Counted from the first letter of the stretch, positions 28,301 to 35,533 are shown. The stretch is 64,000 nt of DNA from a bacterium (GCA_031411255.1 JANOAS010000367.1:10683-74682), one strand, 5' to 3'. The notes: generated by a model not told the origin, from the sequence alone. A program made the numbers and translations.

Positions 28301-28393
28301 AACGATGGTGGCAGCCTGGGTGCTGGCGGGGACTGTGATCAGGCTGATGAACAGCCAGCTCAGCGTGGAGTAGGAGAGAGGGGTTTTTTTCAT
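25379..28393 (-). CDS. secreted 1004-aa protein with three LamG/ConA-like lectin domains and Ig-like spacers
   Basis: ATG at 28393 gives MKKTPLSYSTLSWLFISLITVPASTQA. The LamG_3-type pattern recurs: HRWSFNE..G..V.DS.G...G...G, AYIDLPNGILS, GWVTVN..Q.WSRV(F/Y)DFG, NWLGRSNW.GD, YDEFRMW/YNELRIW. The C-terminal domain ends TFFRARDL. A large internal duplication is present. Confidence 0.85.
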   Translation of the reverse strand: MKKTPLSYSTLSWLFISLITVPASTQAATIVDLDATSLPVGAVSSWTNSGTLGGTFAASGTPTVGFTSGYKRINLPGGATYFTGPVAPTAITGVNKPVTVEAWVYNPNIPGEETVIAWGRRGGGVGTNNSFNYGNDSRWGAVGHWGGEDIGWIDQDVTVGAPAANAWHYLTWTYDGVTERVYSDGVAMHFENKSLNIWATSTTGAGLPIRLGAQNNDNGSVAQFNDGINLLRLRVKDTVMTPAEIASNYTSEKAALDATIVASINSFTGNHQKFLPGESVTLTWNLTNATTASIDNGIGAVNTTSGSIVVNPTVATTYTLTAGNANGTVTQSFSVAPYVRQPVTHRWSFNESAGSTVLDSAAGTPGNGVIVGPAGGAASGDGTWNRATGQVCLGGGGSGGSAYIDLPNGILSGLSTTTIEGWVTVNGNQNWSRVFDFGTSSAGEINAPGGGFNGVDYLTLTAQVGGDQNVKRLEINNGVTVDVVDPISAGQQFHFAVVYDTVGDDLAPGVNRVRYYKNGVLMTAGTSSRPLSAIGSVNNWLGRSNWSGDNNTNGCYNELRIWGGALRQEDIAASFTAGPDAATLPPTSPPIITSYSADSRTLAPGESATLTWVISGNVTSTTIDHGVGAVTPAAGGSVVVSPTVATTYTITATNGAGSVTKAITISPMTLAHRWSFNEGTGTAVKDSVGTAHGVIRGTAGTPAAGNGLWARNGREVCLGGGDSHTAAYIDLPNGILSSLTDVTLEGWITVNSSQAWSRVYDFGNGQAGEIFAPGGDAQGTNYFLLSTQVGGDQNFTRMEVNPGAAFDSNNPVINGQKYHFAVVYDSVGNNGSPQMRYYRDGQPMGSMNLATKLSDIQDVNNWLGRSNWTGDASTDGCYDEFRMWSTPLSAGQVEEIANTPVDSLPFTPLATSEINLSTSSWSYGSPGTPSSASLTWNTTSGRAYILEKSTDLMTWTAAADAETGDSIIFTASGSSATAAAAVPVGVRTFFRARDLSPGAGTIAP

Positions 28394-28638
28394 GGAATGG
28401 GCAGGGTTTTGCGGTGGGGTGGCCGTCCTTTCAAACAGAGGAGGATGCCGAAAGCAGGGACGCACTGCAGCCCCCAGGCACCCGCCTCCGAATAAATCGG
28501 GCGCGGTTCAATTTGTGATTGTGAGGGAAATCGGACAATTGTCGAGAAAATTTCGCAATTACGAGTGCTAATTCTCGGACTTTTCCTGCCCGGGTGCCCC
28601 TGCAAAAATCCACCTGACCGGGTGAAAGGTGCTGCGAT

Positions 28639-29295
28639 TTACTGATCCAAATACCCTCTAAGGGATTCCCTGAGCGTGGTTCGTGCGCGGAAGAGGAGGC
28701 TTTTCACCGACGACACGGAGGTGTCGAGAATGCGGGCAATCTGCTCGTAGTCCATGTCCTCATGCCGGCGGAGGATGACGGCGAGGCGCTGGTTTTCGGG
28801 CAATTTCTGAACGGCGGCGTCCACGGCGCGCTCCAGCTCGGCCTGGTGGGCGTCGACGTCCGGGGGGCGGGCGGAGGGGTCGGCGAATTCGCGGGGGCGG
28901 TCGTCCGAGTCGTCAGACCGGGGTTCGTCCATGGACCAGGCTGGTTTGCGGGACCGCCGGCGGGATTCATTAAAGACGAGGTTCCGGGTGATGGTGAAGA
29001 GCCAGGTGGTGAACTTGGCGGTGGGTTCCCAGCGGGCGGCGGATTTCCAGACCCGGAGAAAGACGACCTGGGCGATGTCGTGGGCCTCATCCGGGTCGCC
29101 CAGCATGCGGGTGATGGTGCCGATGACCGGGCCCTGGTGGAGGCGGACCAGCTCTTCGAAGGCGGCTTCGTCCCCGGCCTGGACACGGCGCATGAGCCGG
29201 ACGCTGAGGGCGTCTGGGTCATCCTCAATCGGGAGTTGCGGATCATCCGGAAGGCTGGCCATGCGGGAAGGGGGCGGAAGCGCACTACCTCGCAT
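28639..29295 (-). CDS. ECF (RpoE-type) sigma-70 family sigma factor
   Basis: Region 2: DIAQVVFLRVWKSAARW and FTTWLFTITRNLVFNESRRRSR. Region 4: LPENQRLAVILRRHEDMDYEQIARILDTSVSSVKSLLFRARTTL. An alternative start (MASLPDD) is at 29262. Confidence 0.9.
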   Translation of the reverse strand: MRGSALPPPSRMASLPDDPQLPIEDDPDALSVRLMRRVQAGDEAAFEELVRLHQGPVIGTITRMLGDPDEAHDIAQVVFLRVWKSAARWEPTAKFTTWLFTITRNLVFNESRRRSRKPAWSMDEPRSDDSDDRPREFADPSARPPDVDAHQAELERAVDAAVQKLPENQRLAVILRRHEDMDYEQIARILDTSVSSVKSLLFRARTTLRESLRGYLDQ

Positions 29296-29355
29296 CCTTG
29301 AACACCGGTCAAGCGGGGAAGTTCCTCCGCATCGTTCGGACCGGGGAGGGGGGAA

Positions 29356-29787
29356 TCAGGATTGGCGTCCCTCGTCCACGTCGATGTAATGGGCAATGGT
29401 GGCGATGTCGTCCCGGCCGGAGAGCCCGCCGTCGGCCTTGCGGCGGATGAGCGCGGGGGTGACGGTGTCGTTCCAGCCGAGCTTGGAGACGTAGTGGCGC
29501 CAGACGAGGAGGTCGGCGTCGTTGAGTGCACGCCCGTGCTCCTGGCACCAGGCGTGGATTTCCTCATCCGTGCCGCCCGCGAGCACCCGTGCGGCCAGGG
29601 CGTCATAGGAAATATGGAGGAATCCGCAGCAGGTGCCGTCGAGCCCTTTGCCGAGGTTCTCCTGCAGATCAGCCCACAGGCACCCTGCGGCATGGAGGCG
29701 GATCTTGGCCAGCATACGGGGGAAATAGAGGAGGCCGCAAACTTCGTCGAGGGGACTGCAGGGGAGGGAGGCGGGGTCGGTGGGCAT
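29356..29787 (-). CDS. DUF5069-like protein
   Basis: 143 aa with CGLLYFPRMLAKIRLHAAG...LGKGLDG.CCGFL...GGTDEEIHAWC. This matches my recollection of the DUF5069 pattern (G..lpR.ldK.R....G). Its stop is 60 nt upstream of the sigma gene on the same strand. Confidence 0.55.
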   Translation of the reverse strand: MPTDPASLPCSPLDEVCGLLYFPRMLAKIRLHAAGCLWADLQENLGKGLDGTCCGFLHISYDALAARVLAGGTDEEIHAWCQEHGRALNDADLLVWRHYVSKLGWNDTVTPALIRRKADGGLSGRDDIATIAHYIDVDEGRQS

Positions 29788-29789
29788 GG

Positions 29790-29869
29790 ATGGAGGGATG
29801 GAGGGATGGAGGGCTAGAGGTTTAGAGGTTTAGAGGTTTAGAGGTTTAGAGGTTTAGAGGTTTAGGCTT
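29790..29869. repeat. phased octanucleotide tandem array: (ATGGAGGG)x3 then (YTAGAGGT)x6 plus one degenerate unit
   Basis: Read directly from the sequence. There are 10 contiguous 8-nt units starting 3 nt upstream of the DUF5069 start codon (cat at 29785-29787). On the coding (minus) strand it reads (ACCTCTAA)6(CCCTCCAT)3CC-ATG. Confidence 0.95.
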
Positions 29870-29910
29870 GCGGGGCGCTTTCATCGCCCTTAATTGGCAA
29901 CTGGTGTGGT

Positions 29911-30225
29911 TCAGGGGGTCAGGTAGTCCTGTAGTGATCTGCCGGAACAACTGGATGGGTGAAAGGTGGTGCAGAACACCCAATCAGCGACCTCCTGATC
30001 GTCTATCATGATTCGGGGTTTCGGTAAGAAGGCGACAAAGCAGTCCTCGATGCCCAGCTCCTGAGCCGTGGAACGACAATAGTCAGCTCCTCCGGCACTC
30101 CAAAGGTAGAGCTGTGCTCCATCAGCCTTTAGGCGCCGGACGTGGTCGATAACGGGCGTCATCGGAATCCGGGTGGTCCCCACGCTACGAACAAGGGTGT
30201 CGTCAACGTCCACATAGATAATCAT
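29911..30225 (-). CDS. small HAD-superfamily-like hydrolase domain protein
   Basis: 104 aa. The N-terminus MIIYVDVDDTLV carries HAD motif I (DxDxT). LWSAGG resembles motif II (S/T), and KPRIMIDDQ resembles motifs III/IV (K ... DD). Confidence 0.6.
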   Translation of the reverse strand: MIIYVDVDDTLVRSVGTTRIPMTPVIDHVRRLKADGAQLYLWSAGGADYCRSTAQELGIEDCFVAFLPKPRIMIDDQEVADWVFCTTFHPSSCSGRSLQDYLTP

Positions 30226-30443
30226 ATCGATTCAAGAAATCGTTGAAGTCTGCCGCCAGCTTGATCTTTGCCATAAAAGGGTTCGCGGAGGGTTTCGAGG
30301 GCATTCAGCCGTTCAGCCGGGGTGGCGGCACGCCAGTAGGCACGAGTCTCGGCCTCCGCCTCGGCAAAGCTGTCTGCGACCACCACCGTCCAGTTCGCCC
30401 GACGGTGGGCCGTGCGTGCTGCAGCGCTGGTGGGGGCTTTCAT
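30222..30443 (-). CDS. hypothetical small protein (73 aa)
   Basis: It overlaps the downstream HAD-like gene by 4 nt. The pattern SFAEAEAETRAYWRAATPAERLNALETLREPFYG resembles a recurrent small-protein family in PVC genomes. No function is known to me. Confidence 0.5.
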   Translation of the reverse strand: MKAPTSAAARTAHRRANWTVVVADSFAEAEAETRAYWRAATPAERLNALETLREPFYGKDQAGGRLQRFLESI

Positions 30444-30487
30444 GGGGCCGACTTACGCTCTTTCGTCGCTGGCCTCAAGAGGATTGT

Positions 30488-32314
30488 TCAACCTTGCTTT
30501 GCGGTGCGGAGGTCCAGATCAGGGTCCGAGTTTTTCACCCCGCGGGCCCACCACCAGCTGGCGAGGAGGGCGGCCAGAAGGATGAGGACCCAGACGCGCC
30601 AGTTGGCATCGGCCTCGGAGTGGGTTTCGACCAGTTTTGCCTCCAGGCCAGCCAGGTCGTCCTGGCTTGCGGCGGTGCTGAGGTCGCTCTCGCGTGCGTC
30701 GGCAAAATGGGCGGCCGCAGTGAGAAGGCGGCTTTCGCCCTGCCAGATTTCAAAAAACCCCGGAGCCACGGGCGCGTGCAGGACCGCTGCCTGGGCGAGG
30801 GGAATGTCCTGCTTCGCCGGTTTGCCCGCCTCGTCGGTGAAGCGCAGCTGGAGCGGCGGGGCCTTCTCGCCGGTGACGTGCGCCACGGCCATTTTCTGGC
30901 CGGTTTCAAAGTTGGCCGTCTCGGGTGCCGGCTTGGCGGCGCGCAGCTGCTCCAGGTGCCTGTGCAGCAGGACGACGAAGGCGGGAAGCTTCCGGGCATT
31001 GGACGACTGAAGGTCGAAATTAAAGAGGAGCTGAGGCTGGCTGGCTGCGGTCAGCCGCAGGCTGACGAGGGGGACCTCGCCCTGCCAGATGAGCACGCGG
31101 TCGCTTTTTTGCCGGGGGATGCCGAGCGTCTCCCGCACGAGGAGGGACTGCCAGTTCAGCCCCGACACGAGCGGGTCCTCCTCGACGAGGATGGTGCCGC
31201 CGAGGTAGTTCGCGCCGGGCTGGGGATCATCGGCAAAGATGCAGGCTGCGCCGTCCGGCAGCTTGGGCGCCAGCGGGCTGTAGACGTCCACCATGAGGTC
31301 CGCCCCGGAGGGTGTGTCCGCCCGCACGACGTGGTCAAAGCTGGCAAAGAGCTGCTCCAGTGTTTTTCCCTGCGGTCCGCCCACCACGGGCAGCAAATAC
31401 CTGAGCGTCTTCGGCTCCGGTTTCACCACGGGCAGGCGGTCATCCACCGGCAGGGCGTCCCCGGTCATGACGAGGGCCGCCTGGGTGAGTCCGGTGGGGA
31501 AGGCCCCCTGGAGCGTGCGGCTCTGGCCGGGCTCCAGCACGAGGTGCTCGGATTTTGTTTTTGTCGTGCCGGCCTCCAGCCACCAGTCGCGCGCCTGGGG
31601 TGTCTTTCCGTAGTTGCGCACCAGCACCTTCCACAGGGTCTGCCCGGCCTCCTCGACAAATGTGAGCCCGGCAAAGCCCGCATTCTCCTTTGGCAGGCCA
31701 AAGGCGAGAAGCTTCGCGCCAAAGGCGGGCTCGGACTGGGTCGGGCGGTCCGTGAGCAGGAGCACGGTGCCCTGGTCACCCACCAGGCTGCGACCGGTGC
31801 GCAGGGCCGGGGTGAAATCATGCCCGCCCATGAGCGGATGCCAGTCCTTGAGTGAGGACACCATTTCATCCACCACCGTGCCGTGGTAGAAGGCCGGAGC
31901 CCCTGGGGTGGTGCTGAGGAGGGAAAACTCCGTCGTTCGCGCCCCGCGCGCCAGCCGCTGCGCCACCGCCCGCACCTCTGTCTCCGCTTTTTCACGAAAG
32001 GCCTCCATGCTGGCGGACCCGTCCAGCACCACGGCCACCCGCTGCACGCTGTTCTCCCGCCGCCAGCGTGGCTCCACCAGCAGCCAAGCCAGCAGCAGCA
32101 CCATCAGCAGCTGCAGCCAGAGCGGAATGGACGAGCGCAGCTTCTCAAATTTCCGTCCCACGGCACTCTCACGCCTCATGTTTTCCAGCAGGAAAAGTGT
32201 GGTGATGACCACCACCTGCGAGCGCCGCTGCAGAAAATGAATCAGCAGCACCACTGGTATGCCCAGCAGTGCCCAAAGCCCGCCCGGATGGGCGAAGGAT
32301 AAATCAGTCGGCAT
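30488..32314 (-). CDS. BatA-type N-terminal double-TM / VWA-like domain membrane protein
   Basis: ATG 32314 gives MPTDLSFAHPGGLWALLGIPVVLLIHFLQRR ... LWLQLLMVLLLAWLLVEPRW, the aerotolerance-regulator N-terminal double-TM motif. It is followed by VAVVLDGSASM (MIDAS-like DxSxS) and a C-terminal TM helix WRVWVLILLAALLASWWW. Confidence 0.75.
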   Translation of the reverse strand: MPTDLSFAHPGGLWALLGIPVVLLIHFLQRRSQVVVITTLFLLENMRRESAVGRKFEKLRSSIPLWLQLLMVLLLAWLLVEPRWRRENSVQRVAVVLDGSASMEAFREKAETEVRAVAQRLARGARTTEFSLLSTTPGAPAFYHGTVVDEMVSSLKDWHPLMGGHDFTPALRTGRSLVGDQGTVLLLTDRPTQSEPAFGAKLLAFGLPKENAGFAGLTFVEEAGQTLWKVLVRNYGKTPQARDWWLEAGTTKTKSEHLVLEPGQSRTLQGAFPTGLTQAALVMTGDALPVDDRLPVVKPEPKTLRYLLPVVGGPQGKTLEQLFASFDHVVRADTPSGADLMVDVYSPLAPKLPDGAACIFADDPQPGANYLGGTILVEEDPLVSGLNWQSLLVRETLGIPRQKSDRVLIWQGEVPLVSLRLTAASQPQLLFNFDLQSSNARKLPAFVVLLHRHLEQLRAAKPAPETANFETGQKMAVAHVTGEKAPPLQLRFTDEAGKPAKQDIPLAQAAVLHAPVAPGFFEIWQGESRLLTAAAHFADARESDLSTAASQDDLAGLEAKLVETHSEADANWRVWVLILLAALLASWWWARGVKNSDPDLDLRTAKQG

Positions 32315-32382
32315 CACAGTGCCCCACTCTGGCAGCACTCTGCGAAATCCACAAGCATTCTCAGCCCGGGCTCAATCCCGGA

Positions 32383-32886
32383 CTACGCCAGGACCGCTCC
32401 GGCCAGCGGCGTTGCCACAAAGCACGCATTCTCAAATGCCAGGCCGTTGCCATTCGTGATGTCCCCGCCGGCGAGGGCGGAAAGATGGATGCCCGGATCG
32501 ATGAGGAGCGCCGGATGCACCAGCACCTCCTCGCCCACACGCAGCCGGGGGATGACCGTCCGGCCATACACGTAAATCTCAAAGCCCAGCGTCACCCGGG
32601 CGCCCGGCTCGAAGGGGAAGCTCTCCACGTAGCCAATCACGCCCGCGCCATTCACCAGATCCTCAACCGCTCCGGTCTCCGGATCGATGGAAACTCCGAG
32701 CCCGTGGCTTTCAGGCCCGAACGAGTGGTGGCCCTCCTCCAGCAGCCCGATGAAGAGCTTTTGCCCATACTCCACCGTCTGGCACTCCACCGTCAGAACC
32801 AGATGGCAGTGATCCGCCAGCGCAGGGTCCACCGGGAGGCGTTGCACCGAATAAAGATCGCGGTCGTGGGAGTAAAGCAGGCTCAT
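32383..32886 (-). CDS. hypothetical protein (167 aa)
   Basis: It has normal-looking composition and is the only plausible frame here. I recognise no motif. Confidence 0.5.
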   Translation of the reverse strand: MSLLYSHDRDLYSVQRLPVDPALADHCHLVLTVECQTVEYGQKLFIGLLEEGHHSFGPESHGLGVSIDPETGAVEDLVNGAGVIGYVESFPFEPGARVTLGFEIYVYGRTVIPRLRVGEEVLVHPALLIDPGIHLSALAGGDITNGNGLAFENACFVATPLAGAVLA

Positions 32887-33000
32887 GGGATTGGATGGTC
32901 AGGGTGTTAAATCGGAAATCAGCGAGGTTTTCAAGAAAAATGAGAGCCGAACCGGAATTTTCGCCGTTTTCAACGGCTCCATCCTGCCTCAACTCTCCTC

Positions 33001-33115
33001 TCCTTGCAAATAGAAAGGATAATTAATACAATTACCATAATAACTGATATTTTAGATAATCAAACAAAATTTTATAAAAATTTTAGAATCCCATCCTGCC
33101 GTAGGTGAAATCCTC
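33001..33115. promoter_or_regulatory. extreme AT-rich island in a divergent intergenic region
   Basis: About 115 nt are overwhelmingly A/T in a GC-rich genome. It contains the direct repeat ATTTTAGA(TA)ATC twice and the near-palindrome AAAATTTTATAAAAATTTT. Function not established. Confidence 0.5.
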
Positions 33116-33164
33116 GTTATTTCCCGCTTTTGCATTGACGGGTTGGCCGGGTTCGCCAAGAATC

Positions 33165-33429
33165 GCAGCAGTCCGAAAGAAAATCGGACGCCTTCTTTGA
33201 CAACTTTTCCTGCGGTGTTCGAGACTCCCTGGCATTCGGGCCCGAACCGTTATATATCAACGGAGGCCGCACCTGGGCGGAAAATGCCATGCCTCTCCTA
33301 CAGGAAGGCAGGCCCCGCTCAGGAGCCTCCACCTTGCCACAAACAAGGGAACGCGGCCCTAACCATCGACGGCACCAGCGGGAAATCCTTTGCGGCCCCG
33401 GCTTCAGCAGAAGCCGGGGCCGCTTTTTT
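33165..33429 (+). ncRNA. candidate small RNA (unclassified) ending at an orphan intrinsic terminator
   Basis: The 3' end is defined by the terminator at 33392-33429. A possible sigma-70-like promoter is TTGACG (33135-33140), N17, AAGAAT (33158-33163). Local helices are visible: GTCCGA/TCGGAC at 33170-33188; GGCATT...AATGCC (33231-33293) enclosing CCGTT-ATATATC-AACGG and CCGC-ACCTGG-GCGG. There is no plausible ORF. The 5' end is a guess. Confidence 0.3.
33392..33429 (+). terminator. strong Rho-independent terminator with no annotated upstream + strand gene
   Basis: A perfect 14-bp stem GCGGCCCCGGCTTC / GAAGCCGGGGCCGC with loop AGCA, followed by TTTTTT. Confidence 0.85.
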
Positions 33430-33594
33430 CTGCCGCGGCATCGCCCATGGCGAAAAACGCCCCGGCCCTCCGCCCGCCCTGTTCGCGTTCGATTTGGGGT
33501 GATTGGTGATTTGCCTCCCTCGCCCTGGCCTGGAAACCATTTCCGCGCCTTTGCGGTTGTCAAAGGGGTGATTCCCCGGTACGGATTGGACCTT

Positions 33595-33622
33595 CCCGTC
33601 CTCCGGATCGATCCGGAACGGG
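33595..33622. promoter_or_regulatory. 28-nt near-perfect palindrome 14 nt upstream of the oxidoreductase start codon
   Basis: CCCGT-cc-TCCGGATCGATCCGGA-ACGGG. The central 16 nt are a perfect palindrome. Confidence 0.5.
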
Positions 33623-33635
33623 ACCCACCTCACGC

Positions 33636-35051
33636 ATGGAAAGCCCATCTGCCCCAACGAGCCAGCCTGGCGTCGTCATCCTCGGCGGCGGTCCCACGGG
33701 ACTGTATGCCGCCCGCCGCCTTGTGGAAAAAGGGGTGCGCGTCACCCTGCTGGAGAAGGAGTCCATCCCGGGCGGCCTCGCCACCAGCCACCGGCGGGGG
33801 GAGAATTTCTACGACATGGGCGTGCACATGCTCCACGAGTTCGACGAGGAGATCTACCACGACATCCTGTCCATCATGGGGGAGGAGAGCATACCCGTCC
33901 CCCTCAGCGCCAAGATCCGCTGGGCGGGCTCCTTTTACCGCTACCCGCTCCAGTTTGCGGACATGATCCGGGGCATCCCGTTTTTCACTCTCGTGAAGTG
34001 CGTGACCGGCCTGCTCGCCTCGCAGACGTGGTTCAAGATATTCCCCCGCAAGCCCAAGGATGCCGAGGAGGCCCTTCAGCAGCTTTACGGAGATCCGCTC
34101 TACCGGTTCTTTTTCAAGGATTTCACCCAGCGCTACTGGGGCTTCCCCACGGACCAGCTGAGCGCCACCTTCATCACGTCGAAAATGCCGCGCCTCACCG
34201 CCGTGGACGTGATCAAGAAAGTCCTCGCCAAAGTGGGCATCAAGGACAAGAACGTGCACGCCGTGGACAGCGCCCTGCTGGAGGAAACCCTCCACTACAG
34301 CCGCACCGGAGCCGAGGCCATGCCGCGGCACCTGGCGCGCTACATAGAGGAAAAAGGCGGCCGCGTGGAGTACAACGCCGACGTTTCCGCCCTGGAGGTG
34401 ACTGACGGCCGGGTTTCCGCCATCCGCTGGCGGGACACCGTCAATGGCGCTGACGAACGCATCGAGTGCTCCCACTGCATCAATACCATCCCTCTCCCCG
34501 TCCTGGTGCAGCGCCTGGAGGGGCCCATCCCCGACAGCGTTCGCGAGGCCGCCGCCGCCCTGCGCTACAAGCCGATCACGGTGCACGGGCTCCTCGTGAA
34601 AAAGGAGAAGTGCATCGACGCCCTCTATATTTACTACCGGGAGCGCATTTTCCACCGCGTGGGCGACCCGAAGAACGCCGGGCTCGTTGTCAAACCCGAT
34701 GGCCACAGCGTCCTCATCGTGGAAACGACCTGCGAGAAGGGCGACGACAAGTGGAACGCCACGCCGGAAATCCGCGAGCAGATCATCCTCGACCTCGAGG
34801 CTGAGAACATCTGCCTGCGGGGCGACATCGTGGAATGGAACGTACTTCATTGTGAAACCGGCTACCCAGTCTTCAGCCTCGGCTTTGAGGAACCGCACGA
34901 AAAGGTGAAAACCTTCCTCGCCACCCTGCCCAACCTCCAGTCCACAGGCCGCCAGGGCGGGTTCTGCTACCCAAACATGCACAGTGCCATGCGGATGGGG
35001 GCAAAGGCTGCCGACTCCATTTTGAACTTCGTCTCCAAACCCAAACCCTGA
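33636..35051 (+). CDS. NAD(P)/FAD-dependent oxidoreductase (amine-oxidase / UDP-galactopyranose-mutase-like fold)
   Basis: N-terminal Rossmann motif VVILGGGPTGLYAARRLVEKGVRVTLLEKESIPGGLA. Length 471 aa. Confidence 0.8.
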   Translation: MESPSAPTSQPGVVILGGGPTGLYAARRLVEKGVRVTLLEKESIPGGLATSHRRGENFYDMGVHMLHEFDEEIYHDILSIMGEESIPVPLSAKIRWAGSFYRYPLQFADMIRGIPFFTLVKCVTGLLASQTWFKIFPRKPKDAEEALQQLYGDPLYRFFFKDFTQRYWGFPTDQLSATFITSKMPRLTAVDVIKKVLAKVGIKDKNVHAVDSALLEETLHYSRTGAEAMPRHLARYIEEKGGRVEYNADVSALEVTDGRVSAIRWRDTVNGADERIECSHCINTIPLPVLVQRLEGPIPDSVREAAAALRYKPITVHGLLVKKEKCIDALYIYYRERIFHRVGDPKNAGLVVKPDGHSVLIVETTCEKGDDKWNATPEIREQIILDLEAENICLRGDIVEWNVLHCETGYPVFSLGFEEPHEKVKTFLATLPNLQSTGRQGGFCYPNMHSAMRMGAKAADSILNFVSKPKP

Positions 35052-35533
35052 TGAAAACTCTGCTCACCCGCCTCCTGCTCAGCGTTCTCGCCACCCTTCT
35101 GGTCTCCTGCGCTGCCAATCCGCAGGCCCTGATCGACCGCAACCAGCGCATCCTGCAGGAACAGCCCGGCAACTACTACGTGGGCCGGCGCGTGGCTGTC
35201 GAGCGCACCCGGTTCTGGGGCTACGTGCGGGAACCCCGCCAGATGTGGGACTCCGCCAAGCTCGTCATGATGAACGAACGTCAGAAGTTGACTCCGGACC
35301 GCCTGCCCGAGGCCCCACGTGACGGTCAGAAGGGATTTCAGTACGACAACAACTTCGAATACATCCTGCGCGGCCGGTACACCGGCAACAAGATCTACGA
35401 CCCCAACAGCAACAAAATCCTGCCCGAGTTTCTCCTCCAGGACTACAAGCTCTCCAACGACACTGCCGGTTTCCTTTTCCACCCGCGTGAAAAGCGCGAC
35501 TACCTCGGCTGCCCTGTTCCTCCGCGCCGGTAA
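35051..35533 (+). CDS. hypothetical lipoprotein
   Basis: MKTLLTRLLLSVLATLLVSC-AAN is a lipobox. The start overlaps the previous stop (TGATG). Confidence 0.65.
   Translation: MKTLLTRLLLSVLATLLVSCAANPQALIDRNQRILQEQPGNYYVGRRVAVERTRFWGYVREPRQMWDSAKLVMMNERQKLTPDRLPEAPRDGQKGFQYDNNFEYILRGRYTGNKIYDPNSNKILPEFLLQDYKLSNDTAGFLFHPREKRDYLGCPVPPRR

Noticed and set aside
28390-28613. Small ORFs (71 aa and 60 aa, minus strand) as the missing anti-sigma factor
   Set aside because: They have no HxxxCxxC zinc motif and no TM helix, their composition is odd, and they overlap each other in a lower-GC promoter-like gap.
33001-33115. AT-rich island as a replication origin
   Set aside because: I found no cluster of DnaA-box-like 9-mers (only one weak TTATCTAAA). 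There is no dnaA, dnaN or gidA context. The size and position fit a promoter or UP-element region better.
33165-33429. Assignment of the candidate RNA to SRP RNA, tmRNA, RNase P RNA or a purine-type riboswitch
   Set aside because: The GGAAGGCAGG segment lacks the flanking SRP helix-8 pairing. There is no tRNA-like 3' end or T-loop, no GAGGAAAGUCC-type RNase P core, and the junction sequences do not match the riboswitch consensus I remember. It is left unclassified.
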